A DNA stretch of 64,000 bases. It comes from Patescibacteria group bacterium. GTDB lineage: Bacteria; Patescibacteriota; Patescibacteriia; 2-01-FULL-39-33. Position 1 is the stretch's first letter. Each line of letters starts with the position of its first letter. Shown here piece by piece: positions 53,897 to 62,741 of the stretch. The position numbers and the translations under genes were made by a program. The stretch is taken from positions 7,967-71,966 of the forward strand of contig JBAZKF010000002.1 of NCBI GenBank assembly GCA_041650895.1, read 5' to 3'. Below the pieces are notes generated by a model that saw nothing but the letters and a program-made list of their open reading frames with translations, searched no databases and was not told where the DNA came from.

Positions 53897-56638
53897 ATGT
53901 CTTTTTTTACCAGAATATTCGGCGATCCTAATAAAAAAGTATTAGCCGATTTTCAACAAACAATTGATGCCATTAATGCCTTGGAGCCGAAGATCTCGGC
54001 TTTATCCGATGAGGATTTAAAGGCTCAGACTACTAAATTGAAAGCTGAACTGGCCAAGGATAAGGCCTTGGATGATATTTTGCCCGAGGCCTTCGCTACT
54101 ATCCGCGAAGCGGCCAAGCGCGTTATCGGCCAGCGGCATTTTGACGTTCAATTAATGGGCGGTATCGCCTTGCATCAGGGACATATTGCGGAAATGCGGA
54201 CTGGTGAAGGCAAGACTTTGACTGCCACTGCGCCGATGTATTTGAACGCTTTGGCCGGACGGGGCGCGCATCTGGTTACTGTCAATGATTATTTGGCGCG
54301 CATTCATGCTGATTGGATGGGGCAGATTTATGATTTTTTGGGGCTCTCGGTCAGTTGTATCCAACAGCAGAATACTTCTTATAAATTTGATAAACAGCAT
54401 CAGCGCCAAGAAGGCGACCCGGTTTTGGATGTGCAGAATCTGGTTCCTTGCACCCGTCGTGAAGCTTATGCTTGCGATATCTTATACGGCACCAATAATG
54501 AGTTCGGTTTTGATTACTTGCGCGATAACATGGTAACGCGGGCGGAGGACATGGTTCAGCGTGATCTATTCTACGCCATTGTAGATGAGGTGGATTCGAT
54601 CTTAATCGACGAAGCTCGAACGCCGTTGATTATTTCGGCGCCGGATATGGAATCAACAGACAAGTATTTTCAATTTTCGCAAATTGTTAAGACTCTGGCG
54701 GATAAGGATGATTATACTATTGATGAGAAACAGCGCGCCGCCACCTTGACTGAAGCGGGCATTGCTAAGGTAGAAAAATCTTTGGGCGTAGAAAATATTT
54801 ATACTGATCGTGGCATTGCCGACGTGCATCACATTGAGCAAGCGTTAAAAGCCCAGGCCTTGTTTAAACGCGATAAGGATTATGTGGTTAAGGACGGCGA
54901 AATTATTATTATTGACGAGTTCACTGGCCGTATGATGTTTGGCCGCCGCTACAGCGAAGGCTTGCACCAGGCCATTGAAGCCAAGGAAGGCGTTAAAGTC
55001 CAAAAGGAAAGCGTCACTTTGGCTACTATTTCTTTTCAGAATTATTTCCGTTTATATACTAAATTGTCCGGTATGACCGGTACGGCCGCTACGGAAGCCG
55101 AGGAGTTTTCTAAGATTTATAATTTAGAAGTTACAACCATTCCGACTAACCGTCCGATGGTCAGGAAGGATTTGAATGATCGTATTTATAAAAATGAGCA
55201 AGGCAAATACAACGCTTTGATTGAAGAAGTCAGGGTCAGATACAAAAACGGCCAGCCGGTTTTAATCGGTACGGTTTCCATTGAGAAGAATGAGCTGTTG
55301 TCCGAGTTGTTTGATCGCGCCGACATTCCGTGCCAAATCCTAAACGCCAAACATCATGAAAAGGAGGCGCATATTATCGCACAAGCCGGTCGGGCCGGTG
55401 CTGTGACTATTGCCACTAACATGGCCGGCCGAGGCGTGGATATTATTTTGGGCGGTTATCCTTTTAACCAAGAAGAGTATGAAAAAGTAGTTGCCGCCGG
55501 TGGTTTGTGCGTGATCGGCACGGAGCGCCATGAATCCCGCCGCATTGACAACCAGTTACGCGGCCGCGCCGGACGCCAAGGCGACCCCGGTTCCTCGCTG
55601 TTTTTCATTTCTATGGACGATGATTTGATGCGCATCTTCGGTTCGGAGCGAATGAAAAAAATGATGACGACTTTGGGTGTGCCGGATGATATGCCGATTG
55701 AAAACGGCATGATCAGCAAATCCATTGAACAGGCACAGAAAAAAGTGGAAACGCATAATTTTGACATTCGCAAACATTTAGTGGAATATGACGATGTCAT
55801 GAACAAACAACGCGAAACTATTTATCGCAAACGCCGGCAGATTTTGGCCGGGGAGGGTACCAAGGAGTCGGCTCTTAGTGCCATTGAGAGGGAAATTGAT
55901 GCAATTGTGGCGTTGGCTACCCAGGATAATGACGAAAGCCAATGGAAGTTAGAAGAAATTTATGAAGCAGTCAGCTTGATCTTCCGCGTTAAATCGGAGG
56001 CGCGTAAAAATTTGGAAGAATTACGGCGGGAAGCGGGGGATAATCAAGAAGACCAGATGTCCCGCGAGATGATTTCCGGTTATTTGAAAAAGTTGGCCGT
56101 GGAAGAATATAACGAATTGGAAGCTAAGATCAATATGTTACCGGTGGATGAGGGGCAGTTGCCGGCCATGCGCCAAGTGGAGCGCGGCATGTTTTTGCGC
56201 GTTATTGATACTTTATGGATTGAGCATTTGGATACGATGCAATATCTGCGCACCGGCATTGGTTTGCGCGGCTACGGCCAGCGCGATCCCTTAGTGGAAT
56301 ACAAAAAGGAATCCCTGCGTATGTTTAAGGAGTTGATGGCGATGATTGACCACCAGTTGGCTTATAGTATTTATAAAATCGGTTTTGTGTCGCCGGAGGA
56401 GATGAATCAAACGGAGAGTCGGCCCAAGAGTGTCCAGCTTAAGGGCGCCAGTGATCAATCGTCCTTGAAGTCACCGATGGAAAATGATTCCGGATTAGCA
56501 GAACGTCAAGCTGATAAAATCTTAAAAGACAGCGCCCATTATAATGGCGAGAAAGTCGGCCGTAACGATTCCTGCCCTTGCGGGGCGACTTATCCGGATG
56601 GCAAGCCGAAAAAGTATAAGGACTGCCATGGGAAATAA
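53897..56638 (+). CDS. secA: Preprotein translocase ATPase SecA
   Basis: 913 aa; DEAD-like motor (MRTGEGKT Walker A; DEVDSILIDEART), preprotein cross-linking and scaffold domains, C-terminal zinc finger CPCG...CHG. Confidence 0.95.
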   Translation: MSFFTRIFGDPNKKVLADFQQTIDAINALEPKISALSDEDLKAQTTKLKAELAKDKALDDILPEAFATIREAAKRVIGQRHFDVQLMGGIALHQGHIAEMRTGEGKTLTATAPMYLNALAGRGAHLVTVNDYLARIHADWMGQIYDFLGLSVSCIQQQNTSYKFDKQHQRQEGDPVLDVQNLVPCTRREAYACDILYGTNNEFGFDYLRDNMVTRAEDMVQRDLFYAIVDEVDSILIDEARTPLIISAPDMESTDKYFQFSQIVKTLADKDDYTIDEKQRAATLTEAGIAKVEKSLGVENIYTDRGIADVHHIEQALKAQALFKRDKDYVVKDGEIIIIDEFTGRMMFGRRYSEGLHQAIEAKEGVKVQKESVTLATISFQNYFRLYTKLSGMTGTAATEAEEFSKIYNLEVTTIPTNRPMVRKDLNDRIYKNEQGKYNALIEEVRVRYKNGQPVLIGTVSIEKNELLSELFDRADIPCQILNAKHHEKEAHIIAQAGRAGAVTIATNMAGRGVDIILGGYPFNQEEYEKVVAAGGLCVIGTERHESRRIDNQLRGRAGRQGDPGSSLFFISMDDDLMRIFGSERMKKMMTTLGVPDDMPIENGMISKSIEQAQKKVETHNFDIRKHLVEYDDVMNKQRETIYRKRRQILAGEGTKESALSAIEREIDAIVALATQDNDESQWKLEEIYEAVSLIFRVKSEARKNLEELRREAGDNQEDQMSREMISGYLKKLAVEEYNELEAKINMLPVDEGQLPAMRQVERGMFLRVIDTLWIEHLDTMQYLRTGIGLRGYGQRDPLVEYKKESLRMFKELMAMIDHQLAYSIYKIGFVSPEEMNQTESRPKSVQLKGASDQSSLKSPMENDSGLAERQADKILKDSAHYNGEKVGRNDSCPCGATYPDGKPKKYKDCHGK

Positions 56639-56666
56639 ATAATCGTTTATTATTAATCATAATAAT

Positions 56667-56984
56667 ATGCCAGAAATATATGGCATCAATTTTGATGGCG
56701 AGGTTACGCCGTTAATGGTTAGAGACGCGATGATTCGGTGTTTTTACGACGCCCATTGCGCTGATACGGGCTTAGAGGGGGACCAGGAAAGTAATCGGGT
56801 GTATTGTCGGGATACCGTAGTCAAAGCCTTTCATGATGCAGGTGAGGATTTTGATCATCCTACTAAAACCGGAATCATTAAAGCGATGTCTCAGCTTCGG
56901 GAGTTTTCCAAAAATTTCCGCGATCCGTCAATAATTGAAAAGCATGCGGCGCAGATTTCTCAATTAGTGGAGCGCATAAAGTAA
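56667..56984 (+). CDS. Hypothetical small cytoplasmic protein (105 aa)
   Basis: ORF with good coding periodicity, closely following secA; no known motif. Confidence 0.4.
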   Translation: MPEIYGINFDGEVTPLMVRDAMIRCFYDAHCADTGLEGDQESNRVYCRDTVVKAFHDAGEDFDHPTKTGIIKAMSQLREFSKNFRDPSIIEKHAAQISQLVERIK

Positions 56985-57040
56985 TAATCAAAATTGGCTG
57001 GTTAGTGGTTAGAAATTTAAATTATTATGGAAAATGAAAA

Positions 57041-57076
57041 CCGCCACGGTGTAAAACCGGGCGGTTGTTTGTTTGT
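57041..57076. terminator. Bidirectional rho-independent terminator
   Basis: CCGCC-a-CGGT-gtaaa-ACCG-g-GCGG hairpin followed by ttgtttgtttgt on the plus strand and tttcattttcc on the minus strand; sits between convergent genes. Confidence 0.55.
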
Positions 57077-57094
57077 ACGTTTATATTACCATGT

Positions 57095-57352
57095 TCACGA
57101 GTCTCGCCAACCAAACACCGCCAGTCCCGATAATAGCAGTGGTAACACAGGAAATAGCACCATCCAGATTGAATTATGCTGGATATAAAGTGCTGTTAAC
57201 CCATGGTGTGAAGTAATAAAATTATACCACTTCCATTGGCCTACTATGTCATAGAGCCAAGGATTACACCAGATGTCCAATTTCATGACAGTAAACAATA
57301 AGGCCATTAACGCGATCCACGCACCCATCCAAATCTTAATCCGGTTTTTCAT
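57095..57352 (-). CDS. Small hypothetical membrane protein (85 aa, 2 TM)
   Basis: Hydrophobic ORF just downstream of the 164-aa membrane protein gene. Confidence 0.35.
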   Translation of the reverse strand: MKNRIKIWMGAWIALMALLFTVMKLDIWCNPWLYDIVGQWKWYNFITSHHGLTALYIQHNSIWMVLFPVLPLLLSGLAVFGWRDS

Positions 57353-57368
57353 TGTTATTCTCCTTCGC

Positions 57369-57863
57369 TCAATCGTTTTCAGATTTAGAGGTAGCGGGAA
57401 CTGTGGCTATCTCGGTGTCGCAGGACACAAGGTAGATGAAAATCCATAAAGAACCCAGGTATAGCCAACAATTGTAGATTAGTATTGGGTTACCTAAGTA
57501 GCTAATTGACAGCATTTCTAATAGAGCCAATGATGGCACCAACAGTAAAAACAGCCCGGCCATTATTCTCAGATAAAACCAGTCGTCGGCTCTTTTCGGA
57601 GGATTAGTGTCATCCGATGAAATTTTGTTCAAAGCTATCCGCTCCATCCAATAAATTTCGGCTATTAGCAGAGAAAAAACCACAATAAAAAATGAAGAGT
57701 ATAGCTTGTAATCACTGGCATCGACAACCAAAAAAATCATCACAGTCGATAGGAACAGTACAACCCTCGCCCAGAAGTAATTATTTTTTCCTGTTAATCG
57801 GGTTAGGGCTTTACTGTTACGCTCAAATAATCCCAGTAACCATTGGTCGACTTTAAAGAACAT
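57369..57863 (-). CDS. Hypothetical integral membrane protein (164 aa, ~4 TM)
   Basis: Four predicted TM helices; has its own consensus promoter upstream. Confidence 0.45.
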   Translation of the reverse strand: MFFKVDQWLLGLFERNSKALTRLTGKNNYFWARVVLFLSTVMIFLVVDASDYKLYSSFFIVVFSLLIAEIYWMERIALNKISSDDTNPPKRADDWFYLRIMAGLFLLLVPSLALLEMLSISYLGNPILIYNCWLYLGSLWIFIYLVSCDTEIATVPATSKSEND

Positions 57864-57932
57864 CGCTTTCTCCCTTGTTTATTTTTCACCTAATTTCAGC
57901 AAATTCATATCCGTTATCAAATGATTCATATC

Positions 57933-57961
57933 ATTATAGCACACTTTAATTTTTTTGTCAA
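57933..57961 (-). promoter_or_regulatory. Consensus sigma70 promoter TTGACA-N17-TATAAT (minus strand)
   Basis: Plus-strand attata (57933-57938) and tgtcaa (57956-57961) read as a perfect TTGACA-17-TATAAT on the minus strand, ~65 nt upstream of the ATG at 57863. Confidence 0.55.
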
Positions 57962-58071
57962 TCCAATATTTTAATATTATCCAATCGCGGTTATTGACAT
58001 CGTTTAAAGATTTGTTTAAGATGTTATAATTAATAGAACTTTGGAAAAACAATCATGAGAGGAGATATGCC

Positions 58072-58539
58072 ATGATACTTGAGGATTTGAATGGTTTTCT
58101 TAATTTTAGACCAATGTTTAATGTTGTGGGTTGTTATTTGGTGCGGCAAGGCCACATTTTGATGTTGAAAAGGCACCCCGATAAACCTCAAGGCGGATTG
58201 TGGTGCGTACCCGGCGGCAAAATAAAACATGCGGAAAGTGTCGGGGAAGCGGCAACTCGCGAATTTAAAGAAGAAACCGGTTGTGATTTGCCACAAGACC
58301 TGAACTGTCGGATTTTCTGCTCTTTACCCGAGGCTGTTCGCTATCCGGGTTATGACTTTCTTTATTTCATGCTTAAGGTGGAATTACCCTTAAATTACGA
58401 TTTAAATCAAATCATCCTTAACCCGGCGGAGCATATTGAGTATAGTTGGGTACCGCTTTGGGATATTATGGGGCAACGGCAAGTTTTGCCGTTAGTGCCG
58501 GATGAAGAAGAGTGTTTGCGTCGGTTGTTTAAATGGTAA
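58072..58539 (+). CDS. NUDIX hydrolase
   Basis: Nudix box GGKIKHAESVGEAATREFKEETG (G-x5-E-x7-REUxEExGU). Confidence 0.8.
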   Translation: MILEDLNGFLNFRPMFNVVGCYLVRQGHILMLKRHPDKPQGGLWCVPGGKIKHAESVGEAATREFKEETGCDLPQDLNCRIFCSLPEAVRYPGYDFLYFMLKVELPLNYDLNQIILNPAEHIEYSWVPLWDIMGQRQVLPLVPDEEECLRRLFKW

Positions 58540-58624
58540 CTCGGTTTTGACATTTATAGTCGCGATTCTCGCGACTTTTATTTTTAACTGAAAGATGCTA
58601 AACTGACGATATAAAAATAATTTT

Positions 58625-59485
58625 ATGCCTGAACTGCCAGAGGTGCAAACCATTGTCAGCGAACTGAATGAGAAGATAAAATATAAGACGATTAAAAACG
58701 TCCAAGTGTTTAAATATAAATCAGTCCGGCCGATGAACAAAAAATTTGTTCAGTCAATTAAGGGCCGGAAAATTTTGGGCGTGGCTCGTCGCGCCAAAAT
58801 GATTATAATCAATCTCAGCGGCGATAAGCATCTTTTGATTCATCTCAAGATGACCGGGCAGCTGGTTTTTCGCGATCGTCGCGGTAAGGGTTTGTCTGGC
58901 GGCCACCCCATTGCTTTCCAGGGTGAATTGCCGACCAAGTTTACCAGAGCGGCGTTTGAATTCGCTGATAAAAGCCATTTATTTTTTAATGATATCCGCC
59001 GTTTTGGCTGGATCAAGTTCGCTGATCGGAAATTATACGAAAATGAAACAGCTAAGTATGGTTTAGAACCGCTGTCTAAGGATTTCACTTTCTCAGCCTT
59101 TAAGGAAAAATTAAAACGTTATCCCAACCGCAAAATTAAACAGGTATTAATGGATCAGACGCTGATTGCCGGCGTAGGCAATATTTATGCCGATGAAATT
59201 TGTTTTGCAGCTCGCGTCTTACCGGCTCGGCCGACTAATAAGCTGACAGAACAAGAAATTAAGGATTTGTTTAAGGCCATACCTCGCATCCTTAAATTAT
59301 CCATCAGTAAAAAAGGCACTTCCGCCGATACTTATGTCACCACTTCGGGCGCCGAGGGCGGAATGATGAAATACCTGAAAGTTTATGGACGAGCCGGGGA
59401 AAAATGCCGGCGTTGCGGCGGAGCGGTACATAAGATCAAGTTAGGCGGCCGTGGCACTCATTTCTGTCCTATTTGCCAAAAATAA
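58625..59485 (+). CDS. fpg: Formamidopyrimidine-DNA glycosylase (Fpg/MutM; Fpg/Nei family)
   Basis: N-terminal catalytic MPELPEV, H2TH region, C-terminal zinc finger CRRCGG...CPICQ; 286 aa. Confidence 0.85.
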   Translation: MPELPEVQTIVSELNEKIKYKTIKNVQVFKYKSVRPMNKKFVQSIKGRKILGVARRAKMIIINLSGDKHLLIHLKMTGQLVFRDRRGKGLSGGHPIAFQGELPTKFTRAAFEFADKSHLFFNDIRRFGWIKFADRKLYENETAKYGLEPLSKDFTFSAFKEKLKRYPNRKIKQVLMDQTLIAGVGNIYADEICFAARVLPARPTNKLTEQEIKDLFKAIPRILKLSISKKGTSADTYVTTSGAEGGMMKYLKVYGRAGEKCRRCGGAVHKIKLGGRGTHFCPICQK

Positions 59486-59489
59486 AACA

Positions 59490-59512
59490 CACCCGATAAG
59501 GATGTGTTGAGA
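59490..59512. terminator. Hairpin between convergent genes (putative terminator for the minus-strand gene)
   Basis: AACACA-cccgataagga-TGTGTT hairpin; on the minus strand it is followed by ttattttt. Confidence 0.4.
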
Positions 59513-59527
59513 TGTGTGCGATGAGTT

Positions 59528-60301
59528 TTATTCGTGGCGGTGTTCCAGGTAATACATGATATTTTTTAGTATCAATAGAATCTCATCATAGTTTAAATCC
59601 ATTATTTTCTCTTTGCTTTTTTCTCCGTTTGTGGCAGTAAAGATTCTTTCAGTCTCTTGATCTAGCAGCGCCAGTGGACAGCCGGCAGATTTAAGTCCGC
59701 CGTCTATGCGGGCTCTTAGCAATTCCGTTTCTACAGCCTCAATGAAACCTAGTAATTCCTCGCATTGAATGAGTCGCTTTTGATCCGAATAAAATTTTTC
59801 TTTGGTTTGCTCGTGTTCTTTTATGCGGCGCTCTTTAGCCTGTCGCCTTCTTTTTTCTTCTGCCGCAACTTTTTCCGGATTAGCCCCTTCATCCGACGAA
59901 CCGTCAGTGAATATATTCCCGATCAATCCAGCTTCAATATAGGTAGGCAGTAAATCTGTTTTGTGATTAGAGATGAGAGAATGCAGTAATAGTTTGATCG
60001 CCCGATAGATCATGGTGCTTAGCGTGGCGTTTCTATTGATATACGTGGTTAGGCCCATAGCATCATTATCAAGAGTGATCATTAACCTATGTTCAGGCAA
60101 CTCCGGAGGTGTTGGCACAACCTTGTTGTCCGGCGATTGTTTCGGCTCAGTGCAATGTTCCCGGCTCATTTTCAGGGCTCCTTCCTGTTTTAGGCGAATT
60201 CTTAGCAGGTGAATCTTAGCCTGCCTTTTTTTTCGTCTTTTGCTACTCGGCGCAACATCTTTTTTCGGTTTTTTCTGATTTTTTTGGCGCAGGCCTTGCA
60301 A
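59528..60301 (-). CDS. Hypothetical protein with Lys/Arg-rich N-terminal and coiled-coil-like regions
   Basis: 257-aa ORF; N-terminal KKPKKDVAPSSKRRKKRQAK; internal EEKRRRQAKERRIKEHEQTKEK; no known motif; start Met uncertain. Confidence 0.4.
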   Translation of the reverse strand: MQGLRQKNQKKPKKDVAPSSKRRKKRQAKIHLLRIRLKQEGALKMSREHCTEPKQSPDNKVVPTPPELPEHRLMITLDNDAMGLTTYINRNATLSTMIYRAIKLLLHSLISNHKTDLLPTYIEAGLIGNIFTDGSSDEGANPEKVAAEEKRRRQAKERRIKEHEQTKEKFYSDQKRLIQCEELLGFIEAVETELLRARIDGGLKSAGCPLALLDQETERIFTATNGEKSKEKIMDLNYDEILLILKNIMYYLEHRHE

Positions 60302-60489
60302 ACGGCGAAATGTTTGTCTTTCTCGGTAATGGATTTTTTACAAAGCCGGCAATAGCAGAATAGATGTACTGCCAACCTGCCTTTCTTTTTTTTGCTTATT
60401 AATTCACAGCAAGTGCCGCAAAGGCCCAATTCGCGATCAGTAATCACTTGGTGCATGCCGCATAAAGCACATTCTCTGACTAAGGCCAT
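60202..60489 (-). CDS. Small double zinc-ribbon protein (four CxxC pairs), Lys-rich
   Basis: 95 aa with CALC, CGTC, CRLC, CKAC; overlaps the downstream K/R-rich gene by 100 nt in another frame. Confidence 0.45.
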   Translation of the reverse strand: MALVRECALCGMHQVITDRELGLCGTCCELISKKKKGRLAVHLFCYCRLCKKSITEKDKHFAVCKACAKKIRKNRKKMLRRVAKDEKKGRLRFTC

Positions 60490-60588
60490 GACTTGTCCTC
60501 CTTATGGTTTTTCGGTTTTAAAGTCCTATTGATTTGCTTAGCTTATATTAATATGATACCTTAATAATGTCAAGACCGCGGGGTAGAA

Positions 60589-61020
60589 TTAAACTGTAGC
60601 GAGCAGGGCATAAAGAATTAGCGCCAAAACAACGCCGAAGATCAAACCGACAGCCGCTTCCAGTACAGTATGTCCGATACGTTCGCGTATTAGTACTTCC
60701 GGATTTTCCGGAAAAACTTCTTTGGCCAAGATATTAGTTAGAGTGGCGTTTTTGCCGATTTCCCGTCTGAAGCCGACAGCATCGCGCAACACTACGGCCA
60801 CTAAGATCAGAGCCACGGCAAAGACAGCGGAATCCAATCCCTCACGGAGCGCTACGACTGTGGCCAGAGCGGAAACAAAGGCCGTGTGGGAAGACGGCAT
60901 ACCGCCGTAATCGGCAAACATATGGCGCCAATTGAGATTATGGTTGATGCCGTCAATGCTTAATTTGACGACTTGCGCGATAAGCGCGGCCAGAACCGGA
61001 ATGATGATTAGTAAGTACAT
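60589..61020 (-). CDS. Divergent PAP2-family (DUF212) membrane protein
   Basis: YGGMPSSHTAFVSALATVVAL motif characteristic of the divergent PAP2/acid phosphatase-like family; 143 aa, 4 TM. Confidence 0.65.
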   Translation of the reverse strand: MYLLIIIPVLAALIAQVVKLSIDGINHNLNWRHMFADYGGMPSSHTAFVSALATVVALREGLDSAVFAVALILVAVVLRDAVGFRREIGKNATLTNILAKEVFPENPEVLIRERIGHTVLEAAVGLIFGVVLALILYALLATV

Positions 61021-61050
61021 AGAATTGATAATTATTAAATTTTTTATCTT

Positions 61051-61869
61051 ATGAATTATTTATGGGCGATCTTGGCCGGCTTAGTCCAGGGCGTGGCGGA
61101 ATTTCTGCCTATCTCCAGCTCCGGCCACTTGGTTATTTTGCATGATATTTTGAGGTTTAATCTGCCGGATAATCTTACTTTTGATATCGTGCTCCATCTG
61201 GGGACATTCCTGTCGCTTTTGGTATTTTTTTGGCGTGATATCCTCCGTTTGATCCGGGGATTTTTTTCCAGCTTGGCCAAATGGAATTTTCGCGGCGACA
61301 GTAACCAGCGTTTAGCCTGGCTGATTATCATCGGTACGATTCCTGCCGTGCTGGTCGGTTATTTTTTTGATGATTTTATTGAACAAGTATTTCATGAAGG
61401 CAGATTCGCCGCCCTGATCGTAGCCATTATGCTGATAGTTGTCGCTATCTTGTTTTGGCTGTTGGAGAAATACGCCAAGCGCTTGCGGACAGCCGAATCG
61501 CTTAAGTGGTGGGAGTCGTTGGTTATCGGCGCGGGTCAGGCTATCGCTTTGATTCCCGGCACTTCTCGATCCGGCATTACCATCTGCGCCGGTCTGATGC
61601 TGAAACTGACTCGGGAACAGGCGGCTAGGTTTTCTTTTTTATTATCTATGCCTGTTGTTCTGGGCGCCGGGGTTAAATCATTATTACAGATTGAATCGCT
61701 AACTGTTGCTGAATGGCCTTTGTTGGCTGTCGGTTTTTTGGCCGCCGCCATCAGCGGTTATTTTGCCATTAAGTTTTTGTTGAAATATTTGATTGATCAT
61801 TCGCTCGGCGTTTTCGCTTGGTATCGAGTGATTTTGGCCGTCTTGATTTTGCTTTGGTTGTTTTTATAA
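61051..61869 (+). CDS. uppP: Undecaprenyl-diphosphate phosphatase UppP (BacA)
   Basis: N-terminal GVAEFLPISSSGHLVI and PGTSRSGITI motifs of the UppP family; 272 aa, 8 TM. Confidence 0.9.
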   Translation: MNYLWAILAGLVQGVAEFLPISSSGHLVILHDILRFNLPDNLTFDIVLHLGTFLSLLVFFWRDILRLIRGFFSSLAKWNFRGDSNQRLAWLIIIGTIPAVLVGYFFDDFIEQVFHEGRFAALIVAIMLIVVAILFWLLEKYAKRLRTAESLKWWESLVIGAGQAIALIPGTSRSGITICAGLMLKLTREQAARFSFLLSMPVVLGAGVKSLLQIESLTVAEWPLLAVGFLAAAISGYFAIKFLLKYLIDHSLGVFAWYRVILAVLILLWLFL

Positions 61870-62641
61870 TCGTAACCTTTTTTGCTTTGCTTACCTTTAC
61901 CTTCGGCTGATTTAATTTGGCTGAAGGTTTTTGGATATTTTTTTTGTTGTTCGACGGCGGTTGTAAAAAAGTTAAAAGCAACAGTACGACAATAATGATA
62001 ATCAGGCAATTGAGCCACCAGCGACAGAAATTTATCGCGACTAAAACTTGTTCAATAGGCCAACCGCGCGATACGGGAAAATAATTGTCCACGCCTGCGG
62101 TATCGGGCAGAGCCAGTTCGTTGGCTCCCATTACGCGCGAGCCGAATAATTGGACAACCACGGAAGTGGGTCGGTCTTTGAATTCGCCCTGCAGGCTGGC
62201 TACGCCGATTTCCTGGTATTCCCGGCGTTCCAAGTTTTGGCGATGGCCAGCGCTTTTGAGCCAGGCCTCGAACACGTCTTGGCTGTTATTGAAATCAATC
62301 GCTAAGTTTTCACCGACGTAGAAGTATTTGTAGTCAACATCCTTAACCCAGTCGGAGAACTTTCTGCCATCCGGCGAGACATGGCCAAAATATTGCTTGG
62401 CCAAAATGTCTTTAGCGCGATCAATGGCCGCCTGGGTTAGGCGAGGATTGACGCTCAGGTCATTAAGCCCTAGACTTTGGCGGTAAGTGTTGGTTAATTG
62501 GATTATTTCTTCGGTCGCCGCCGGATTCTCCTCGGCTTGGACGGTTTTGCCCAGCTGTATTATTCCGTTCAAAGCCAAACAGCTAACGCCGATGGTAATC
62601 GCCGCTCCAAGCAGGATTAATTGTTTTTTGTTCGCCTTCAT
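61769..62641 (-). CDS. CAP-domain (SCP/PR-1, YkwD-like) secreted protein with C-terminal TM anchor and Lys-rich tail
   Basis: Signal peptide; CAP motifs GHVSPDG, YVGENLA, GHRQNL; C-terminal TM helix then KVKVSKAKKVTIIKTTKAKSRRPK tail, which overlaps the uppP 3' end convergently. Confidence 0.6.
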   Translation of the reverse strand: MKANKKQLILLGAAITIGVSCLALNGIIQLGKTVQAEENPAATEEIIQLTNTYRQSLGLNDLSVNPRLTQAAIDRAKDILAKQYFGHVSPDGRKFSDWVKDVDYKYFYVGENLAIDFNNSQDVFEAWLKSAGHRQNLERREYQEIGVASLQGEFKDRPTSVVVQLFGSRVMGANELALPDTAGVDNYFPVSRGWPIEQVLVAINFCRWWLNCLIIIIVVLLLLTFLQPPSNNKKNIQKPSAKLNQPKVKVSKAKKVTIIKTTKAKSRRPKSLDTKRKRRANDQSNISTKT

Positions 62642-62741
62642 TTAAGATAATTATACCATAATCGCCGGTTCAAGACGAAGTCCTTGGACTTGGCTGATTA
62701 TTTCTGCTACAATATCAGATATTATTAATCAGCTATTTACT

